The notes: generated from the sequence alone by a model not told the origin. Counted from the first letter of the stretch, positions 9,004 to 17,780 are shown. The stretch: DNA of 25,158 bases from Myxococcota bacterium (GCA_041611735.1 JBFIML010000053.1:1-25158); one strand, 5' to 3'. Numbers and translations: made by a program.

Positions 9004-10134
9004 ATGGGGTGGGGACGCCGACGCATCCGGGAAAACCCCGACGCCTGCGGCCCGGGGCCGGGGCGTTGCGAGGCCCGGCCCGCGGCGGCTTCCGCCCCGG
9101 ACGCCGAGGCCGCCCTCGACGCCCTGGCCGCGGTGCTGCGCGCCTGGGGCGAGGTCGCCTTCGACCTGGACGACCGGGGGGCCCAGGAGGTGCGCGACCA
9201 CTTCGAGGCCTGGGCCCGCCACGTCCGGGTGGGCGCCCCCGGGCCCGATGGGGACCCGGGCCTGCCGGCTTCTCGGGGCCGTCGCGACTGGCCGGGCCTG
9301 ACCCGCTTCGTGACCGAGCACCGCCGCCTCGAGGTGGACTCCCTGACGCGTCGCCTGGCCGACCTGCGCCAGGTGGTCTGGGTCTTCGTGCAGGGGCTCG
9401 GCCGCGCCCTGCTCGAGGACCAGTCCGCCGACGCGGCGGTGGCGGAGCACCTGGAGCGCCTGCGGGAGAGCGCGGAGCGCGGCGACGTCGCCGCCCTCAA
9501 GCGGGAGGCACTCTCCGCCGTGGCCCTGGTCGAGCGGGTGACGGCCGATCGCCGGGAGCGCCAGCGGGCGGAATTGCGCGCCCTGGCGGGCCGCATCGAC
9601 GAGATCCGCAAGGAGCTGGCGCGAGCCCGCGAGCAGCTCGAGATCGATGCCCTCACCGAGGTCTACAGCCGCGGCGCCCTCGACGAGTACCTGCAGCGCA
9701 TCGTCGACTTGAGGCGCGTGTCCGGACACGCCTGCGTGCTCTTCGTGATCGACGTGGACGACTTCAAGTGGGTGAACGACCGCTTCGGCCACGCCGCCGG
9801 CGACGACGTCCTGCGCGCCGTTGCCGCCCGCATTCAGCAGTGCTTCCGGCGCGGCAGCGACTTCGTGGCGCGCTTCGGCGGCGACGAGTTCGTGGTGGTC
9901 GTCCCCAACGACTCCCTGGCGGAGGCGCAGCAGCTGGGCGCCTGCCTGGTGCACTCCATGCGCGACCTGGAAGTTCCGAACGGGTCCCAGCCGATCCGGG
10001 TCACCCTCTCGGCGGGGGCCGCCAAGCTCGCGCCCGGCGAAGACGCACGCGCCTGGCTGGAGCGCGCCGACCGGCTGCTGTATGCGGCCAAGCAGGCCGG
10101 CCGCGACCGGCTGGTGGTCGAAGCGGTCCGCTGA
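9004..10134 (+). CDS. Diguanylate cyclase (GGDEF) with N-terminal helical/coiled-coil region
   Basis: DALTEVYSR, IDVDDFKWVNDRFGHAAGDDVL, I-site RGSD five residues before an intact GGDEF, ADRLLYAAKQAGRDR. Start uncertain. Confidence 0.92.
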   Translation: MGWGRRRIRENPDACGPGPGRCEARPAAASAPDAEAALDALAAVLRAWGEVAFDLDDRGAQEVRDHFEAWARHVRVGAPGPDGDPGLPASRGRRDWPGLTRFVTEHRRLEVDSLTRRLADLRQVVWVFVQGLGRALLEDQSADAAVAEHLERLRESAERGDVAALKREALSAVALVERVTADRRERQRAELRALAGRIDEIRKELARAREQLEIDALTEVYSRGALDEYLQRIVDLRRVSGHACVLFVIDVDDFKWVNDRFGHAAGDDVLRAVAARIQQCFRRGSDFVARFGGDEFVVVVPNDSLAEAQQLGACLVHSMRDLEVPNGSQPIRVTLSAGAAKLAPGEDARAWLERADRLLYAAKQAGRDRLVVEAVR

Positions 10135-10143
10135 CCCGCTCGC

Positions 10144-10545
10144 TCAGCCCCTCATTCGCCGCCGGGCGAAGGCCAGCGCGGCGAGCCCCGTGAGCGCGAG
10201 CGTGCCCGTGGCCGGCTCGGGGACCTGCGTCACGCGGTTGAACTGGAGCAGCAGGGTGCCCCCCGCGTCGGACAGGGAGAAGGTGTGCGGAAACCCGGGC
10301 CAGGGATCGCCCGCGAACGGGAAGAGGGTCGGGAGGTCGTCGTCGGAAAAGGCGGCGGCGGCCCCGTCCGTGATGGCCAGGAGCAGATCCACGTCCGCGT
10401 CGGGTAGGCCGTTGACGGACAGGACCCCGCCCTCCGGACCCACGGGGCGGGGTCCGTCGATGAACCGGAAGGTGTCGGAGCTCAGGTTCTCGACCTGCGC
10501 GAACGGGGTCGTGGAGCCGGTGATCGTGATGCCGTGCCCCTGCAC
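10144..10545 (-). CDS. PEP-CTERM sorting domain protein, probably 5'-truncated
   Basis: C-terminus VPEPATGTLALTGLAALAFARRRMRG*. No signal peptide, and an in-frame TGA at 10602-10600 precludes a longer N-terminus. Confidence 0.75.
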   Translation of the reverse strand: MQGHGITITGSTTPFAQVENLSSDTFRFIDGPRPVGPEGGVLSVNGLPDADVDLLLAITDGAAAAFSDDDLPTLFPFAGDPWPGFPHTFSLSDAGGTLLLQFNRVTQVPEPATGTLALTGLAALAFARRRMRG

Positions 10546-10627
10546 CGTAGCCGAGAACGCCCGAACTTCACCTTCTACGGCGTGAGAAGGGCAACTCGAT
10601 CACGGAGCCCCCGCAGCCAGTCCTGGG

Positions 10628-11521
10628 TCAGGTCTCCTGCACCAGCGGCTCGAGGCGTCCGGCGACTCGGCGCTGGCCGGCCTCCGGGTAGAGGACGACG
10701 TCGTCGGGATCGACCATCCCGCCCATCAGGTACTCGAGATCCGTGACCGGCCGCATCTGGTGCGGCGGGCTGCCGGCCGGGTGGCCGAGGAAGTCGCCCG
10801 CCTCCACCTCGAAACGCTCGTCCCCGACCCGCGCCACCGCACGCCCCGAGAGCACGTAGATCCACTCGTCGGTGCGCTCGTGGGTGTGACAGGCGGTGCT
10901 CTTGTGGCCCGCGGTGACGCGCGTCCAGCGCACCGCCTGGCGCGCGAGCCCGCCCGCCGCGCCGGTGAGCGAGCGCATCACGCGCTGCGCCCCGGAATCG
11001 ACGTCGTGCTGGAAGTCCTGGAGCACGACCTCGTCCACGTGCACGACCTGCGAGGGGTCGCCCTCCTCGGGTGGCGGCGCCTCGTTGAGCTCGACGAAGC
11101 GTCCGCCCCGCCAGCCCTTGGGAACGTCCACGTAGCGGCCCACGTCCTCCTCGGGACGTCGCTCTCCGCCCTCCAGGATCACCAGCGGCTCGCTCCCGGT
11201 GCTCACGAAGTGGTGCGGCCGCGGCCCGGGCGGGAAGGCCGCGAAGGAGCCCGCCTGCACCGGGATCCGGTGCGGGCCGATCCGTACCACGCCCGTTCCC
11301 GCCAGCACGTACGCCCACTCCTCTTCGACCTCGTGGAAGTGCCGGTGCGTCCCGGCGAAGCCCGGCGGCACGCTCCGGTGCCAGACGCCCATGCGCGTGA
11401 GCCCCGTGGCGTTCCCGGGCGGCCGCACCTCCGAGCGCACCTGGCTCCCGCCGGGCGTGAAGCGCGGGCGCTTCTCGGCGGGGAGATCGGCGACCCGAAC
11501 GACCCAGGCGGGACGGGCCAT
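10628..11521 (-). CDS. Bicupin (two cupin domains)
   Basis: Two metal-binding motifs, HFHEVEEEWAYVLAG...PHHF and HTHERTDEWIYVLSG...PHQM. Confidence 0.88.
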   Translation of the reverse strand: MARPAWVVRVADLPAEKRPRFTPGGSQVRSEVRPPGNATGLTRMGVWHRSVPPGFAGTHRHFHEVEEEWAYVLAGTGVVRIGPHRIPVQAGSFAAFPPGPRPHHFVSTGSEPLVILEGGERRPEEDVGRYVDVPKGWRGGRFVELNEAPPPEEGDPSQVVHVDEVVLQDFQHDVDSGAQRVMRSLTGAAGGLARQAVRWTRVTAGHKSTACHTHERTDEWIYVLSGRAVARVGDERFEVEAGDFLGHPAGSPPHQMRPVTDLEYLMGGMVDPDDVVLYPEAGQRRVAGRLEPLVQET

Positions 11522-11555
11522 GCGCCGATCGTAGCCGAGCCGGGCCCGGCTCCCT

Positions 11556-11693
11556 TCAGCAGCAGGCCTCGCGATAGAAGTGCAGGACCGAGGATTGGGC
11601 GAGCAGCGCCGCCTCCTCCTCGTCGCGGCAGAGGGCGACCGCCGCCTCGTACAGGACGGGGAAGACCTTTCGCAGGATGGCCTCGTAGTCCAT
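11556..11693 (-). CDS. 45-aa small protein resembling the start of ECF sigma factor region 2
   Basis: MDYEAILRKVFPVLYEAAVALCRDEEEAALLAQSSVLHFYREACC*. GAGGAG lies 7 nt before the ATG, codons are mostly GC3, and the stop is 34 nt upstream of the cupin ATG. Confidence 0.65.
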   Translation of the reverse strand: MDYEAILRKVFPVLYEAAVALCRDEEEAALLAQSSVLHFYREACC

Positions 11694-11738
11694 GCTTCGT
11701 CTCCTCGGGCGCACTCTTGATACGCCGCAGCGCCCCGG

Positions 11739-11766
11739 GAGGTAACGCACGCGGCCCCGTAACCTC
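11739..11766. promoter_or_regulatory. Imperfect inverted repeat in the divergent intergenic region (candidate operator)
   Basis: GAGGTAACG-N10-CGTAACCTC, 8/9 arm match. Confidence 0.4.
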
Positions 11767-11786
11767 TGCGGGCCCGGAGGCATCGG

Positions 11787-12560
11787 ATGGACGAGCGCCT
11801 GCGGCGGCTCTGCGACTGGAACTACCTGGTCTCCCAGGCGTGGCTGTTCGGTGCGTCGGAGACCGGCGAGGTGGTCGATCGACGCGACGCGCTCGTCGTC
11901 ACCTGTGGCCTGCCCGTGGCCGAGCACAACTGGACCTTTCCGAAGACTCCGCTGCGCGACGTGGACGAGATCATCGCCTTCGCGGAGGCGTACTTCGAGC
12001 CCAAACGCCTTCCGCACCACTTCCTGATTCGCGACCACCTGGAGCAGCAGGTGGGGCCCCGCGTGGAGGCGGCCGGCTTCCGGCACGGGAAGAGCTTTCC
12101 CGCCATGGTGCTCGCGCCGATCCCGGCGATCCCGGACGCTCCGAAGGAGCTGGAGATCCAGCCGGTGACGACGAGCGACGCGCTGGTGGCCTTCCGGGAG
12201 ACGGCCTTCGAGGGCTTCGGCCTCCCGGTGCCGGCCGCCCGGCTCTTCCTGACCGAGCCGATGCTCGCCATGCCGACCGTGCGCTTCTACCTGGGCCGCG
12301 TGGACGGGGAGCGGGCTGCGACGGCCGCCTTGGTGGCCACGGGCGAGGTGGCAGGCCTCTACTGGGTCGCCACCCGCGAGCCCTTCCGGCGACGCGGCTT
12401 CGGGGCGGCCATGACGTGGCTGGCGATCCGCGCTGGCCGGGAGCTCGGCTGCAGCGTGGCGAGCCTGCAGGCCTCGGAGCTGGGACGGCCCGTGTACGAG
12501 CGGATGGGCTTTGCCCACGCGGGCAGCTACCGCCGCTTCGGACCGCGGGGGCGCCGGTGA
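11787..12560 (+). CDS. GNAT family N-acetyltransferase
   Basis: C-terminal acetyl-CoA motif GLYWVATREPFRRRGFGAAMT and LQASELGRPVYERMGF; GGAGG RBS 6 nt before the ATG. Confidence 0.92.
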   Translation: MDERLRRLCDWNYLVSQAWLFGASETGEVVDRRDALVVTCGLPVAEHNWTFPKTPLRDVDEIIAFAEAYFEPKRLPHHFLIRDHLEQQVGPRVEAAGFRHGKSFPAMVLAPIPAIPDAPKELEIQPVTTSDALVAFRETAFEGFGLPVPAARLFLTEPMLAMPTVRFYLGRVDGERAATAALVATGEVAGLYWVATREPFRRRGFGAAMTWLAIRAGRELGCSVASLQASELGRPVYERMGFAHAGSYRRFGPRGRR

Positions 12561-12605
12561 GGACTCCGCTGCCCAACCAGGCTAGAATGCCCCGACCGGC
12601 CTGCC

Positions 12606-14255
12606 GTGGCGAGAAGGGCCCAGGTGGACGACGAGACGCAGGCGACGTTGACAGGCACGCGCCTGCCGGGGCGGGGCGGGCCCGAGCCGCTCCTGGCACG
12701 CGCCCTCCACGGTCTCGACGAGCACGGCCGGCTGCCCGAAGAGATCCTGGCGGCCCTGCGGGCGCTGCCCTCCGAGACCCGCCGGCAGCTGGCATCCGAC
12801 CCCGAATCGCTGCTTCCGCCGTTCGAGGCGCTTCCCGAAGTCGCCCGTCGTGCGGTCGTGGCAGCGGTGGCGGCAGCGGACCAGTGGCGGACGCGGGGTT
12901 TCGAGCTCGGCAGACCGCAGCAGGCCGCCCTGCGCGCCTTCTGGGCGCTGCGGCGCGTCGCGCGCGGTGCGCCGGCCCCACTGCGCCACGCCGCGGACAC
13001 GCTGGCCTTCTCCGTGCGGAGCGCGCCGGCCTTCGCGATCGATCGGGCGGCGAGCCGGCTCCAGGCCCATCGCGGACGGCGCGCCCTGCGCCCGGAGCTC
13101 CTCCCGTGGCTGCGCGCGGCGGGGATCGACCCGCGGCGCTTCGCCCTGGGCTGGGCGCGAGGTCTGCGACAGGCGCCGCCGTATCGCGGCTATTGGCACG
13201 AGCCGGCCGACGGTCACACCGTGTGCATGGTGCTCGGCTTCGATCTGATCCCCGGCAGCGACGGCTTCTGGTTCTGCGAGAGCAATATGGGTGTGGCGCA
13301 GCGCCCCGAGCGCACGGCCCTCTACGAGCGTGACCCCTTCGTGGCGAACCTGCTCAGCCACGCCTCGGATCACGGGCACAAGAGGCTCCTGTTGCTCGAC
13401 AACAACGCCGACGGCATCGATGCCCAGATGGCGTCGCAGTATCGGCGGGGTGCGAAGGACCGAAAGATCGCGCTCTCACTCGTGGAGCAACAGGGTCACT
13501 CCGCCCAGGCAAGAAGCTACGGCCTGCCTCCGCTCGGGCCCGAACCAACCCTGGCCGTGCGCATCAAGTACCTGCCCACCACGCTCGACTGGCTGCTCAA
13601 TCACAAACGCGCGAGTACCCACGTCTTGCAGCGCTACGCGGCCGACCACCACGAGCCGGAGCTGCGGGTACCGTCCTCGGGGCCGGAGCCCACACTGGGC
13701 GACGCCCGGCCCGACGAGCCGCTTCCCAACGTCGTCTTCAAGCTTCCCGACCTCGACGCGGCCCGCGGCCTCGTCTTCCTGAAGGTGGCATCGGCGGAGG
13801 AGGCGCGGGCCCTGGTTCCGGAGGCCCTGGCGGCCAAGAACCCGCGCGGCGTTCGGGAACGTCTTGTGCGCCTGATGTACGACGATCCTGACGGAATCTT
13901 CCAGCCCTACGTGCGTCCGCCCGTGCTTCCGGACGGCAGGCTGTACGTGGTCCGCGCCCACGTGCTGCTGAGCCCATGCGGTCACCGCTTCCTGTCCGCG
14001 CACCGCGTGGTGTCCCGCCACCCGCTGCCACAGCACCTTCCGCCCGGAATCGTCTCCGATCCCACGCCGTTCCTCGTGAACTTCTCCGACGAATCCGACT
14101 ACGCGCTGGTTCCCGACGACGAGCTCGAGCGCGTCGAGGCGACGTCGCTCGCCATCGCGCGCGGGCTCGGGTGGGCGGTGGAGCGCGCCTTCGAAGTCGG
14201 CCCCAGTCCGCCCCAAGCCCGGTCCACCGCTCCCGCGCAAACGATCCGATGGTAG
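12606..14255 (+). CDS. Hypothetical protein; putative circularly permuted ATP-grasp (tubulin-tyrosine-ligase-like) amide ligase
   Basis: GFDLIP..GFWFCESN, VVFKLP...ARGLVF, IFQPYVRPPVLPDGRLYVVRAHVLLS and FLVNFS resemble TTL motifs in permuted order. Start uncertain (GTG 12606 or 12624). Confidence 0.6.
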   Translation: MARRAQVDDETQATLTGTRLPGRGGPEPLLARALHGLDEHGRLPEEILAALRALPSETRRQLASDPESLLPPFEALPEVARRAVVAAVAAADQWRTRGFELGRPQQAALRAFWALRRVARGAPAPLRHAADTLAFSVRSAPAFAIDRAASRLQAHRGRRALRPELLPWLRAAGIDPRRFALGWARGLRQAPPYRGYWHEPADGHTVCMVLGFDLIPGSDGFWFCESNMGVAQRPERTALYERDPFVANLLSHASDHGHKRLLLLDNNADGIDAQMASQYRRGAKDRKIALSLVEQQGHSAQARSYGLPPLGPEPTLAVRIKYLPTTLDWLLNHKRASTHVLQRYAADHHEPELRVPSSGPEPTLGDARPDEPLPNVVFKLPDLDAARGLVFLKVASAEEARALVPEALAAKNPRGVRERLVRLMYDDPDGIFQPYVRPPVLPDGRLYVVRAHVLLSPCGHRFLSAHRVVSRHPLPQHLPPGIVSDPTPFLVNFSDESDYALVPDDELERVEATSLAIARGLGWAVERAFEVGPSPPQARSTAPAQTIRW

Positions 14256-14286
14256 GCTCGCGCCGCGGTCAGGTGGGGGCCCCTCC

Positions 14287-16149
14287 ATGTGCGGCATCGT
14301 GGGGATCGTCGACCCCAAGGGTCGGGCCCAGGAGCGCGAGCTCCGCGAGATGAGCCGGCTGATCGCCTACCGCGGGCCGGATGGCGACGGCGTGACACTT
14401 CAGGGTCCGGTGGCTTTCGGGCATCGTCGGCTGACGATCCTGGATCTTACCCAGCGCGGGCACCAGCCCATGACCTCGGCAAACGGCCGCTTCTTGATCA
14501 CCTACAACGGCGAGATCTACAACTTCGCCGCGCTGCGTTCGGACCTGATCGAGCGGGGGATTCCCGTGGGTTCTACCGGCGACACCGAGCCCCTGCTGGA
14601 ACACATCGCCGCCTTCGGGCTGGATGCAACGCTCGCGAAGATCGAAGGCATGTTCGCCTTTGCCGTGTGGGACCGGGAGCGCGAGTCGCTCGCGCTGGCG
14701 CGCGATCGCCACGGAATCAAGCCCCTCTACTACAAGCGCGGCGGGGATGGTGCCCTCCGGTTCGCGTCCGAGATGAAGTGCCTGGTGGACGGCGGCTCCC
14801 AGGTGGATCGTTCCAGCCTGCACTCCATGATCCTGGGACTCCATTTTCCGCCGGGCCACCATACGCTCTTCACGGACGTTCGCAGCGTCGAACCCGGAAC
14901 GACCGTGACCTTCGACCGCGATCTGCGCGAGACGCAACGAAGCTTCTTCCGGGTGCGCGACTTCGCCTCTCCAGCGCTCTATCAGGAACTCGACGCTTGC
15001 TCCGCGACGCAGGTCGTGGACCGGCTCGACACGGCGCTCCAGCGCAGCACCGACCTGCACATCATCAGCGACGTGCCGGTCGCCTCGTTGATCAGCGGTG
15101 GCATCGACTCGGCTCTGGTCTCGGCTCTTGCACGCCAGAGGATCCCCGACCTGCAGCTCTTCCACGCAGACGTCCTGGGAGCCAGCGAACGCCATGGCGC
15201 CGAGGAGTTCGCCCGCGCCATCGGTTGCGAGCTCCACACGGTGGAGGTGGACGACGGGGACCTGCTCCAATACGCACCGGAGGTGACGTATCACTTCGAG
15301 CACCCCTTCGTGCAGCTCACCAACGCGGTGCCCTTCTATCTGGTGTCGCGACTGGTGGCGCGTCAGGGCTACAAGGTGCTCCTCACCGGGGAGGGCAGTG
15401 ACGAGTACTTCCTCGGCTATGCCAAGGTTGCGGCCCGCCAGTACCTGAGAGGGCTGGAGCGCGTGAAGGGTGGCGCGCGCCGGCTCTTCCATCGCATCCC
15501 GGTGGTGGGCCGGACGGTCTGGCCGTCTCCGGACGAGACGGTCCCGCACCAGATCGCCCGCCTGCTGCTGCGATACGAGCTCGACGAGAGGGCCGAACGC
15601 GGTGCCAGCACCTTCGCTCACGTGGCGAACATGCGGGAGCGGGACTGGATGACCCTGGCGCTCCACATGGCCACCGACACACTGCCGAGCCTGCTGGCGC
15701 GCAACGATCGCCTGGCCATGGCCTGGGGGCTGGAATCACGCTTCCCGTTCCTCGGTCACGACGTGGCTGCCCTGGCCCTGAACCTCCCGAGCCGCTTCAA
15801 GGTGAGGCCCTCCCTGCGCTTCCACGATCGCAACCACCCGTTCCTGGTGGACAAGTGGGCGGTGCGCCAGGTGGGGCTGCGGCACGTGCCCGTGGCAGCC
15901 CGGCGTGCCAAGACCGTCTTTGGGGGGGACTACGATCGCGTCCAGGTGGAGCCGGAGCTCTTTGCCGACGGCCTGCTCGCCGACCTGTATGGGCTGCCGA
16001 GGGAGCGCCTGCATCATCTGGTCGAATCGACCCCGCCGGCGTTGCGCGGCAAGCTGGTGCTCTTCGAGCTCTGGGGCCGGCTCTTCGCCATGGGGCGATC
16101 GGTCGCCGAGGCCCAGACCTGGCTTCGCAAGCACGTCCGGATGGGGTAG
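14287..16149 (+). CDS. asnB: Asparagine synthase (glutamine-hydrolysing)-family amidotransferase
   Basis: MCGI N-terminal nucleophile, GHRRLTILD, YNGEIYNF, ARDRHGIKPLYY, SGGIDS PP-loop, TGEGSDE, ESRFPFL. Confidence 0.93.
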   Translation: MCGIVGIVDPKGRAQERELREMSRLIAYRGPDGDGVTLQGPVAFGHRRLTILDLTQRGHQPMTSANGRFLITYNGEIYNFAALRSDLIERGIPVGSTGDTEPLLEHIAAFGLDATLAKIEGMFAFAVWDRERESLALARDRHGIKPLYYKRGGDGALRFASEMKCLVDGGSQVDRSSLHSMILGLHFPPGHHTLFTDVRSVEPGTTVTFDRDLRETQRSFFRVRDFASPALYQELDACSATQVVDRLDTALQRSTDLHIISDVPVASLISGGIDSALVSALARQRIPDLQLFHADVLGASERHGAEEFARAIGCELHTVEVDDGDLLQYAPEVTYHFEHPFVQLTNAVPFYLVSRLVARQGYKVLLTGEGSDEYFLGYAKVAARQYLRGLERVKGGARRLFHRIPVVGRTVWPSPDETVPHQIARLLLRYELDERAERGASTFAHVANMRERDWMTLALHMATDTLPSLLARNDRLAMAWGLESRFPFLGHDVAALALNLPSRFKVRPSLRFHDRNHPFLVDKWAVRQVGLRHVPVAARRAKTVFGGDYDRVQVEPELFADGLLADLYGLPRERLHHLVESTPPALRGKLVLFELWGRLFAMGRSVAEAQTWLRKHVRMG

Positions 16150-16152
16150 ACG

Positions 16153-17184
16153 TCAGGACGGCTTTCCGCCCGCACGGCGCAGCGGGGCGGTCCGGAGCCG
16201 GATCTCGTGGGGGTCGGCCGTCGGCAGCCAGTACATCAGCCATTGCTCGTTGCGCCGGTCCAGAAACACCGCGGATTGATCCACGCCGCTGATGGGATGC
16301 TGGTAGATGGCTTCGAGCCCCGCCGGCCGATCCTTCGGCGCGCGGTACCACTCGAGATTCCCCGACTCCCCGTAGCCATCCTGCACGGCCACGAGGATCG
16401 TGGAAGGCGAGACCTCCGCCACGGACGCCGCGAAGTAGTGTCCTTTCGCAAGCCGCACGAGTTCGTGGCCCCGAAAGTCCGACGCTGACGGCCCGGACGC
16501 CAGGGCCAGAGCGCGTTGGAAGCCCCCGCCCACCGCCTGGTAGTAGCTGTGCCAGGTTTCGCCGGGTCCGCGGAACAGGGCCAGCGGATAGATCTCGTCA
16601 TCGCCCAGCGTCCGCGGGTCACTGGCGCGGAAGACGTCGCCCTGCGGACGAAAGTCCAATCCGTCGGTCGAAAGTGCGAGCAGCACGTCCGCGTCGACGT
16701 TGTCTCGAGGTCTCTCCTCCATCCCTCCGTAGAGCAGCGTCACGGAGCCGTCTGAGCCGAGCCAGGCAGCGGCCGAGAAGACCCCGCATTCCTCACAATC
16801 CGGAATGCCCACGGCGTGCGAAAGCACGGGATTGGATTCGTACTTGGAGAGTCGCGAGGGATCAGGGCCAAAGGCGACGCCGAGCTTGCGCCCGCGAGGG
16901 CCGCCGTCGGTCGAGCGGTCCCCGGCGGCTCCGATGTAGTAGAGGAAGTACATCCCGTCCCGTTCGAGAGCCGCGCACGGAGACAGCATGCCCTCCAAGC
17001 GCACATCCCACGCGCCGGGATTGCCTGCCCGGAGGACGACGCCCCCATCGACCCACTCGGATGCCGAGGGCGGCCGGATCTCTCCGGGCTGCAGGTCCGC
17101 GCGAAGATCGTCGGCGCGCTCGTTCGCCACGTGGCAGCCGGATGCGACCAGGAGGGCGAGCATCGCCGCCAACGTCCGAGGCAC
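16153..17184 (-). CDS. Putative lipoprotein, five-bladed beta-propeller glycosidase-like (GH32/43/130-type fold)
   Basis: Lipobox-like MPRTLAAMLALLVASGC if started at GTG 17184 (ORF is open to 17280). Blade-like segments GAWD...SPCAL...YFLYYIG, KYESNPVL, LALSTDGLDF. Confidence 0.6.
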   Translation of the reverse strand: MPRTLAAMLALLVASGCHVANERADDLRADLQPGEIRPPSASEWVDGGVVLRAGNPGAWDVRLEGMLSPCAALERDGMYFLYYIGAAGDRSTDGGPRGRKLGVAFGPDPSRLSKYESNPVLSHAVGIPDCEECGVFSAAAWLGSDGSVTLLYGGMEERPRDNVDADVLLALSTDGLDFRPQGDVFRASDPRTLGDDEIYPLALFRGPGETWHSYYQAVGGGFQRALALASGPSASDFRGHELVRLAKGHYFAASVAEVSPSTILVAVQDGYGESGNLEWYRAPKDRPAGLEAIYQHPISGVDQSAVFLDRRNEQWLMYWLPTADPHEIRLRTAPLRRAGGKPS

Positions 17185-17325
17185 GGGCGGCAAGCTAGCG
17201 AAGCTCGGGATCGAGACCCGTTCCCGCACTGGCCGGCCGATCGCAGCCTCCAGGTCCCCCGGGCCGTCGAGATCGGCCACGGCCCCCGCGACGGATGGGA
17301 GCTGCGACCCGTTCGTGCTGCAACC

Positions 17326-17769
17326 TCACGTCGCTGGCTCCATGTCGCCCGGGCGGCGCAGCATCTTCTCGATCTCGCTCAGGTGGTCCTCCTCGGTCCG
17401 GATCATCGTGCGGGCGTACTCCTCGAGTCGGACGTCCTGCCCGTCCACCAGCTCGAAGATCGCGCGATAGAGCTCGATGCCCTCTCGCTCGTGGTCGATG
17501 GATTCGCGCAGGATGGCGTCGATGTCGTGCTGGTGGGTCTCCAGCAGCTTTCCGATCCGAAGCGAGGGATGGCCCCCGAGGCTCGTCACGTACTCGCCGG
17601 CCTGGACGGCGTGCCGGAGGGACTCGCTGGCCTCGCTGCGGAACCACTCCGTGATGGGGATCCGCGCATGCCCGAAGATCATCAGCGAGTAGTGGGTGTA
17701 GCGTACGACGCCCGCGAGCTCGTGCTCCAGGATGCCATTCAGGGTCTCGAAGACCTTCTTCTTGTCCAT
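17326..17769 (-). CDS. Bacterioferritin-like (ferritin-like domain) protein
   Basis: 147 aa: LNGILEHELAGVVRY, ESLRHA...LGGHP, ESIDHE, EEDH. AAGGAG RBS 6 nt before the ATG. Confidence 0.88.
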   Translation of the reverse strand: MDKKKVFETLNGILEHELAGVVRYTHYSLMIFGHARIPITEWFRSEASESLRHAVQAGEYVTSLGGHPSLRIGKLLETHQHDIDAILRESIDHEREGIELYRAIFELVDGQDVRLEEYARTMIRTEEDHLSEIEKMLRRPGDMEPAT

Positions 17770-17780
17770 CACAATCTCCT

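Noticed and set aside
10571-10590. Hairpin CCTTCT...AGAAGG after the cupin gene as a terminator
   Set aside because: Short bulged stem with no U-tract on either strand.
11556-11693. Small ORF as a graspetide (microviridin-type) precursor for the ATP-grasp/GNAT genes
   Set aside because: No PFFARFL leader, TxKxPSD core or repeated Thr/Lys/Asp cores. It looks like an amphipathic helical pair and is transcribed divergently.
14287-16149. AsnB-like protein as a lasso peptide cyclase
   Set aside because: It has an intact N-terminal Cys glutaminase domain, and there is no B1/B2 (RRE/peptidase) gene or lasso-type precursor nearby.
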